Shown here: positions 56,286 to 64,000 of the stretch, piece by piece
Numbering within the stretch: the stretch's first letter is position 1
How the letters are laid out: the number at the start of each line of letters is the position of its first letter
DNA from: Chrysomallon squamiferum
Taxonomy: Eukaryota > Animalia > Mollusca
DNA length: 64,000 nt
NCBI GenBank assembly: GCA_012295275.1
Contig: CM022675.1
Coordinates: forward strand, 7,006,001 to 7,070,000
Reading direction: 5' to 3'
Made by a program: the position numbers and the translations under genes
Notes under the pieces: generated by a model
Told to the model about the DNA's origin: nothing
The model's input: the letters and a program-made list of their open reading frames with translations, nothing else
The model's database searches: none

Positions 56286-56609
56286 CTGTAAAACAAGAAG
56301 AAAAAAAAAGGTTTGAATATTTTTTTTTCCCCTATTTTATATTTATTTATTTATTTTATTTATTTTTTTTAAATTTTTTATTTTCTAGTTAATTTTATTA
56401 TCTTACTTTCTTTTTCTTTTAATTTTTAATTTTTTTTTATAATAAACTACAGAATTTAAAAACAACCCCAAAAAAGCACAAAGAAAAAAAAGAAAGAAAG
56501 AAAACAGCCACAAAACAGACAAAAAGAGAACAAATTCATAAATATTTTGGATAAGGTCAAATCAAAACTGCATTGAAAGGTGAAAAAATAAATAAAATAA
56601 AAATAAGAC

Positions 56610-56647
<38 letters not shown>

Positions 56648-57059
56648 TAAATATAAATAAAAAAATATAGAAGAAAAAATAAATAAAATACAAAGAAATA
56701 ATGACAAAAAACAAACAAAACAACTCCAATAAAAAGAAAGAAACAAAGAATGATGACAACAACAACAATGAAAATAACAAGTACACAATGGTTAAAACCA
56801 GTGATTTCAAACTAACACGTTCTGAGTTCAAATCTCCAGGATGTATCCAGGTGACAGGATGCAAAATCATTAAATCCTTTGGGGTTTTTTACTCCAAAAT
56901 TTAAACACTGTACCAGATAAACACAATAAAATTCAATATGAATTCTGTTACAACTGAATTTACTGTAACTGCTAATGTTGTTATTATAAAGTATTGGGAA
57001 AGACAAAAACTCCCAACAGAGATACAATTATACAAAGATCAACTCAGAACACCACATAC

Positions 57060-57199
57060 CTGTATATCTAACAATTCTTGGTCTACTTTGTGAATTGCTT
57101 GGTCAAGGTCAGATGATGTCGGGTTAAATTTTCCCATTCCAAATGGGTCCTCATTTGAAGATGTTGCTCCAGAAGCAGAGAATGGGTTAAAATTTCCAG
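57060..57199 (-). CDS. GULP1: GULP1/CED-6 exon (SGNFNPFS...EDPFGMGKFNP...QELLDIQ)
   Basis: tgcag acceptor, CAG|GTATGT donor, phases 1 to 0; NPF and DPF motifs. Confidence 0.88.
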
Positions 57200-57430
57200 C
57201 TGCACGTGAATTAAAATAATTAAATTAAGGTAATAAAAACCATTTTACTTTTGGAACACTGACCTACTGAGAGTACTGAATATAAGAAACAAAAATTATA
57301 TAAAAGGCTACTGAAAGATAAAACAAAAGATTAAAAGTTGTTTTAAATCTAGCTTTCATCCCACTAAAATAGATTAAAAGACAGAAAGTTCATAAAAACT
57401 ACTGAATGATATATTGATGATAAAAGTAGT

Positions 57431-57960
57431 TTTGTACTACCTATGAATGATATATTAAAGATTCAAGTAGTGATCTGTATAATATAAATTAATAAAAATA
57501 AATTTTATTTTTAACTCAATCTTTTGTACTACCTATGAATGATATATTAAAGATTAAAGTAGTGATCTGTATAATATAACTTAATAAAAATAAATTTTAT
57601 TTTTAACATGAGTTTTGTACTACCTATGAATGATATATTAAAGATTCAAGTTGTGATCTGTATAATATAAATTTATAAAAATAAATTTTATTTATAAATT
57701 TATATTATACAGACCGCTATTGATATATTAAAGATTAAAGTAGTGATCTGTATAATATAACTTAATAAAAATAAATTTTATTTTTAACATGAATTTTGTA
57801 CTATCTATGAATGATATATTAAAGATTCAAGTAGTGATCTGTATAATATAAATTTATAAAAATAAATTTTATTTTTAACTCAATCTTTGTACTACCTATG
57901 AATGATATATTAAAGATTAAAGTAGTGATCTGTATAATATAAATTAACAAAAATAAAAAA
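57431..57960. repeat. Intronic minisatellite, about 91 bp unit, about 6 copies, alternating A/B variants
   Basis: tttgtactacctatgaatgatatattaaagatt(c/a)aagtagtgatctgtataatataa repeated. Confidence 0.95.
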
Positions 57961-58011
57961 TTATTTTTCAGCAAAGTTTAGATATGATATAGTAAAAATA
58001 AAAGTACTGAC

Positions 58012-58116
58012 AGGCTTGAGGCTGTTGACTAGTGGGTGACGTTGCAATTTGCTGACCCACTCTGACAGACGACTGTGACGTTCCACGTGATCTGTTTGAA
58101 GGGGGAGGAGGAGACA
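58012..58116 (-). CDS. GULP1: GULP1/CED-6 proline-rich exon (LSPPPPSNRSRG...QQPQA)
   Basis: ttttag acceptor; T|GTCAGT donor; phases 1 to 1. Confidence 0.82.
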
Positions 58117-58139
58117 CTAAAAAAAATAAAAGTTTTTTA

Positions 58140-58180
<41 letters not shown>

Positions 58181-58850
58181 TGATGATGATAGTAATAGTA
58201 ATAGAAATAATAATACAACAATAACATAACAACATAATAACATAAAACAATAATAAGAATAATAAGAACAATAATAATGATAATAATAATAATAACTGAA
58301 TAATAATAACAATAATAATAATAATATAACCAAACAATAACAAATAATAATTATAATAATGATGATTATGATGATGATATCAATAGTAATAGAAATAATA
58401 ATAACTATATTAATAATAACAGTAACAACAGTAATAACATAACCACAACAATAACAGTAATAAGAATAATAGAACAATAATAATAATAATAATAATAATA
58501 ACAATAACAATAATTATGATGATGATGTGTAATAGTAATAGTAATAAAATAATAATAATAATATTAATAATAACAATAACAACAGTAATAACATAACCAC
58601 AACAATAACAATAATAAGAATAATAATAATAATAATAATGTTTATGATAATGATAATAATAGTAATAGAAATAATAACTATATTAATAATAACAATAACA
58701 ACAGTAATAACATAACCACAACAATAACAATAATAAGAATAATAAAAACAATAATAACAGTAATGTAACAATAATAACAATAGAAATAATAACAACAGTG
58801 ATAACAACAACAATAAAAATAATAAAAAATTACTGTAACAACAACAAAAA
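58140..58850. repeat. (AAT/AAC)n low-complexity tract with an internal duplication
   Basis: Seen directly; explains the poly-Leu/Ile/Tyr ORFs. Confidence 0.95.
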
Positions 58851-59053
58851 TTACTAAAAGTAACGTTTTATGTATGGACTATTGTTTGTGACGTACTGAT
58901 TTGTGTGTGTGTGTATTTGTGTGTCTGTTTGTGTGTATGTGTGTCATTAAAATTTAAAATGTGATGACTGCACATAGCAACAAAATAAACAAAGAAGAAG
59001 TCATTATTTTTTTTTTCAATATAAAAGAGTAGATAATTGTATTAACAACTTAC

Positions 59054-59171
59054 GTATTGGTGTGGGATCTGTATTTTTATGTTGTATCTTGTCCGATGTT
59101 CCATTTGTCTGTGGCACTTCATCATCAAAGATTAGATTTTCCAACCTACGTCCAACCATTGATGTCTGATG
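59054..59171 (-). CDS. GULP1: GULP1/CED-6 exon (HQTSMVGRRLENLIFDDEVP...DPTPI)
   Basis: tatag acceptor (alternative cag 6 nt downstream); C|GTAAGT donor; phases 0 to 1. Confidence 0.85.
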
Positions 59172-60116
59172 CTATAAGTTATTAAAAATGTATTTAAATG
59201 CAAATCATTCATAATTATTGCCATTATTATTGTTATTATTATTATTAGTAGTAGTAGTAGTAGTAGTAGTAGTATTATTACTCAAAAACATGAACAAAAG
59301 AAGATCAAATGTACAATGCAGATTATTTTATATTGCATACTATTATGAATGATGTTTAGCAAATTTAAAAAAAATCATGACCTATACAGGAAATTTATTA
59401 TAGTGTATTATTAAAGTTTTTGTTAAAAGTAGTTGTATTTTTTAAAAATACAACAATGGGAGAAAATTCATAGAATACCAGGAAAGTTAAATAAAAAAAA
59501 AAAAAAAAAAAATTTGGCAATTATTAAGGTTTATTAAATAATGTACAAAGATTTTTTTTTTTTAGAAATATGATAATAAGAGAAATATCATGAAATACAT
59601 TAAATGTTTAAAAAAAAAAAAAAAATATAATTTAAAATTTTTTGTTGATTAATTATTAAGGTTTGTTAAATAATGAACTACTGATGATTTGTTGAAAGCT
59701 TCTTAACTCTTTTTCTTTCTTTTTTAAACAAAATAAAATAATATAAAAAGAGCTAAAAATAGAGTGTATTAGGACAATGTTAACTGATGATATAAAATAA
59801 TAACAACAGTAATAAGATAATAATGATGATAATAACAATACTACTACTACTACTAATAAAAAGTAATAATAATAATAATAAAACAAAACAAAGAATAACA
59901 AAAGTATTAATAGTAATAACAATAACAGTAATAATAGCAATAATAACATAAATATTAAGAAAAATAATTATAATAACAATTACTGCAAAAACAGTATTTA
60001 AAAAAAAAAAAAATAAAAACAATAAAATTAATATTCATATATACAAAATGGTGGTGCGGGAAAACATTGCTGGAAGAACGTGCGTAACAACAACAACAAC
60101 AGCAGCAACAGCATAC

Positions 60117-60197
60117 CTGTGGAAGTGAGGCAGGTGTGATATCATCATCAGTGGAACTCTCTTGGAGGTTAAAGGTTACCACAGTGAGGTCAGAAAT
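60117..60197 (-). CDS. GULP1: GULP1/CED-6 exon (ISDLTVVTFNLQESSTDDDITPASLPQ)
   Basis: ctacag acceptor; CAG|GTATGC donor; 81 nt, phases 0 to 0. Confidence 0.85.
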
Positions 60198-60993
60198 CTG
60201 TAGAAAACAATGACAACGTGCAAAGCATGCAATAAAATCCATGCGGGTTGGTCTGAGGTAAAGTATGTGTTGTGCAATAAATTTTTATATGTGACATCGG
60301 TTAGAAAACAGCATTATATGTATGCCAATCATCAAAATTTTAATAAAAAGTCAGAACTGCAGGTTATTTCATTTCTTTATTTTCATAAAAAATGTTTTTA
60401 TCTTAATATTGGTTAGGATTATTATATTTTATATGTGACAGACTGACACAGGTGCAGACAAATTTTTTATTAGGAAAAAAATTTAGACAGATATTTAGAG
60501 TCAGCTATTGAAACAAGTTTTAGTAACAAACCTTTTTAACAAATATTATTTTATTATTATTTATATTTTTCATTAACTTCTCTTCTTGTGTTCAGATAAA
60601 AAAAATATCAGTCTAATACAGACATTTACACAGACAGACAGACATATCCAGGGACATTCATCTACAAACAGTATATTGATGGGGAGGCCATTCCTGATGG
60701 GATAACTTTTGAAAGGTAAACACAATCAAGGGAGATAACTCAATGAAGGTAACAGGATTGTACAGCATTTAAAAGTACATGCAACATTTATAACTATGAA
60801 ACAGCCCAATGATGTCAAACACATATTATCTCTCTCACACACATGTGTGTGTACATACACCATTACAGTACATAGTCAAGCACACTAAGGACAAATATTT
60901 AACAGGGCTTTACGATATATATTTTATACACAAAAAATATTTTCTACTTTCAGTGATTAGTAATGTTATTTTTGATGACATTATTAGTCTTAC

Positions 60994-61098
60994 CTGATTT
61001 TTAGCTTTATAGTCCTGTACATCTGAACGATTCTTCAGTTTTTCAAGTTCAACTATTCTTGCTTTTAGTGTGTCGTTTTCATACTGCAGTGTCTGTAC
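60994..61098 (-). CDS. GULP1: GULP1/CED-6 leucine-zipper exon (VQTLQYENDTLKARIVELEKLKNRSDVQDYKAKNQ)
   Basis: aacag acceptor; CAG|GTAAGA donor; heptad leucines resembling GULP1 'IQDLETENMELKNKVQDLE'. Confidence 0.92.
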
Positions 61099-61167
61099 CT
61101 GTTATTATAAATGATTAATATTTAAATATTTAGTCTGTAGGTGTATATGTGTGTTAGTGTGTCTGTC

Positions 61168-61562
61168 TTATAGTCCTGTACATGTGAATGGTTTTTCAAA
61201 AATTTTCAAGTTCAACTATTCTTGCTTTTAGTGTGTCGTTTTCATACTGCAGTGTCTGTACCTTTTACTATAAATGATTAATATTTAAATATTTAGAGTC
61301 TGTAGGTGTATAGGTGTGTATGTGTGTCTGTCTTATAGTCCTGTACATGTGAACGGTTTTTCAAAAATTTTCAAGTTCAACTATTCTTGCTTTTAGTGTG
61401 TCATTTTCATACTGCAGTGTCTGTACCTTTTATTATAAATGATTAATATTTAAATATTTAGAGTCTGTAGGTGTATATGTGTGTTAGTGTGTCTGTCTTA
61501 TAGTCATGTCCATTGTAATGATTCTTTCGTTTTTCACGTTCAACCATCCTGGCTTTTAGTTA
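61168..61562 (-). pseudogene. Tandem decayed copies (pseudo-exons) of the GULP1 leucine-zipper exon, about 165 bp unit
   Basis: Units start near 61007 (true exon), 61168, 61333 and 61498; the two full copies lack the donor and carry a 2-nt insertion giving TGA; the last is partial and more diverged. Confidence 0.9.
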
Positions 61563-62129
61563 CCATAAATATAAATTAAGATTTGTTTAAATGTGTTTTG
61601 TGTTTATGTGTGTGTGTGTGTGTGTGTGTGTGTATTTATGGTGTTTGTTTATGATTGTACGTATGTATATATGTATATGTGTTTGTGTGTGTGTGTGTGC
61701 ATGCACATATATATGCATGTATCTATACAAAACATTATTCTATGCATGAATTCACATGCATATGCTTGTACCTGTATGTATAATATAGGTAAAACATAAA
61801 GGAATATTTATATCAATAAAATCTTTTAAAAATTTGATGTCTTTATCATTATCAGTTGTCAGATGTATTTTATATTATTTTAAAAATTATAAAACATCGA
61901 GAGGAAATACACATATTCTTATACATTTTTCAAACAAAAAATGTGCATAACAATAAACTGATGAATTATGAGCACTTTCCAGAATGAGAAAAAGCCATAT
62001 AAAAGTGTTGATCAGGAGTGAACTGATAACCTATCAACTCTCAGCTCAGGACACAAACCAATTCCAATAACAATGCTCTTTAGGTAAAAATCAATTACAG
62101 CTGAAATTTAAAAGTTTAAATGTTTTTAC

Positions 62130-62246
62130 CTTTTTCTGTAAAACAAGAAACTGCTTCTTAATATCCATGTCTTTACTGGAGGACTCTAAAAAACGTCTGT
62201 ATGCTAAATCAAAGGCCTGACCAACAGTTAATGTTATTTCTTCAGC
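62130..62246 (-). CDS. GULP1: GULP1/CED-6 exon, end of PTB domain ([39 protein letters not shown])
   Basis: Nearly identical to the recalled GULP1 segment '[22 protein letters not shown]'; tttag acceptor; AAG|GTAAAA donor. Confidence 0.96.
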
Positions 62247-62354
62247 CTAAAATAATAAATAAGGTTTTAATTATATATGTGTTTATGTACAAAACATAAT
62301 TATATGCATCTCTTGTGAAACAATATTCTGTATTTTGAGTGATGGATAATTCCC

Positions 62355-62530
<176 letters not shown>

Positions 62531-62945
62531 GAGTGAGAAAGTAAAAGACATACCCTCAGACAGAGAAAAAAAATGACAGATGGAGAGAGAGGAAAAAAAA
62601 TAAGAAGATTTTTATCTAAAAAATAAAATGTCACAAAGAAAGGGATATTATCTTTTTAAGAATAACATGTGAATATGTTTGTCTGTTTGTTTGTCTGTAT
62701 GTTGTACATTATGTATTAACTTCAATGCACATGTGAAAAGATGATAATGATCAAACTAAAAAAAACCTAGTAATAAATAAAAATAGTGTAACAATAACAC
62801 AGTAAAATATTAGTGAAAGTAATAATATTATAATAACGATGAATATAAAAATATAATAAAGAAAATTATAATAATAAAATGAACAAGAAAAAAGTGTAAT
62901 AAAACAAGAAAAACAAATAAAAACAACAACATAAACAGGAAAATT

Positions 62946-62993
<48 letters not shown>

Positions 62994-63594
62994 CAAAAAA
63001 AAACAAAAAATAATATTAAATAAAAATAGCAATAAATAACGATAATTAATAACAATAACATTAATAATAAATAATAATAATAACATAAAATAACAATAAC
63101 AATAACATAAAACAATAGCAATAACAATACCTTCAAGACACCATCTATAACAGTACAAATGAAATGAACATCTGTCAATATGCTGAATCAGCTAAACTAT
63201 GTTTTTTGTTTACTATATTTTAAAAATAAATTTAAAAAAAACAAAAACTCTTCATTTTCAAACTGCTGCTGGACTTACAAACAAAACGGGTATCTTGAAA
63301 TAATCAAATAACGAAAATTTATAACAGAATTGTTTATAAGTAATATATCAAATCAATAGGTGATGCAGTAAACCTTCTAATTTTTTTTTTTTAACCAAAA
63401 TTTAAAAAAATTAATTTCACAATCATCTGACATTATTACTGGCTTCGTTCGTTAGTTACCTCTGCATTTTTAACACGTTAACGAATATCTGATTTTTATA
63501 ATTTATGTGAGGTGGGGGTGTGTATGTGATATGTTTGATTGATTCGACAGGATGAAATATTGAATGTTTTACGGTATATTGGAATTACACGTAC

Positions 63595-63732
63595 ACATTT
63601 GTCGCTGTCAAATACATAACAGCTGTGCTGTGTTGACTCTGCACCTTTGGCAATAAATGTGAACATTCGCTTATCTGACTTATCATCTGCACAATATGAT
63701 ATTCGATGTAAAGGGTACTGATGCATAATCAT
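63595..63732 (-). CDS. GULP1: GULP1/CED-6 PTB-domain exon (MIMHQYPLHRISYCADDKSDKRMFTFIAK...CYVFDSDKC); gene continues 5' beyond the window
   Basis: LHRIS.CADDK.DKR.FTFI.K motif of the CED-6 PTB domain; tttcag acceptor; TGT|GTACGT donor. Confidence 0.96.
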
Positions 63733-64000
63733 CTGAAATAAAATAAAAAATAAAAATATATATATATATATAAATTAAAAGAATAGAACTGAGATGTTAT
63801 CAGTATTTCTTAGAGCATTAAAAAAACAATTTATTTAAAATTAAAAGTTGTGATTAGAATGTGAAATATTAATGTGTGTGTGTGTGTGTGTGTGTTTATG
63901 TGTGCATGCGAGTGTGTGTACATGCGAAATGTTCACATGATTATACTATATAATTTATCCAAAATAAAAAAATATTTTCTATGGATTCTAGTTTGTTTTC

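Noticed and set aside
57431-57960. Regularly spaced repeats resembling a CRISPR array
   Set aside because: Whole units repeat with no unique spacers; there are no cas genes and the context is a eukaryotic intron
57968-58813. Long poly-Leu/Ile/Tyr ORFs, and similar ones at 23216, 54784, 59656 and 62751
   Set aside because: They are translations of (AAT)n/(AAC)n tracts; only 58012-58116 is a real exon

Overview
Eukaryotic, very AT-rich, microsatellite-dense genomic DNA; composition and protein content suggest an invertebrate, plausibly a mollusc or cephalopod (inference only). Nearly all listed ORFs are simple-repeat artefacts. Manual splicing with GT-AG sites and phase checks recovers three genes. 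(1) A DLGAP/GKAP/SAPAP-family postsynaptic scaffold on +, 7 coding exons from 320 to 41109, about 902 aa, with a C-terminal GH1 domain and a 32.5 kb intron holding several phase-compatible candidate alternative first exons. (2) A 3-exon, about 160 aa, 10-cysteine Ly6/uPAR (Quiver/Sleepless-like) GPI-anchored protein on +, 49054-51580. (3) The 3' part (8 exons, 56205-63732) of a GULP1/CED-6 PTB adaptor on -, whose 5' end lies beyond the window. Notable oddities are a tandem array of decayed copies of one GULP coding exon, an in-frame uORF separated from the DLGAP start by one TAG, no Shank-binding PDZ ligand at the DLGAP C-terminus, two TTAA-flanked MITE-like elements and a dimeric minisatellite with an internal inversion. 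I see no CRISPR array, rRNA, tRNA or intact transposase. I cannot support a wholly new biological system; the findings are hypotheses to test.
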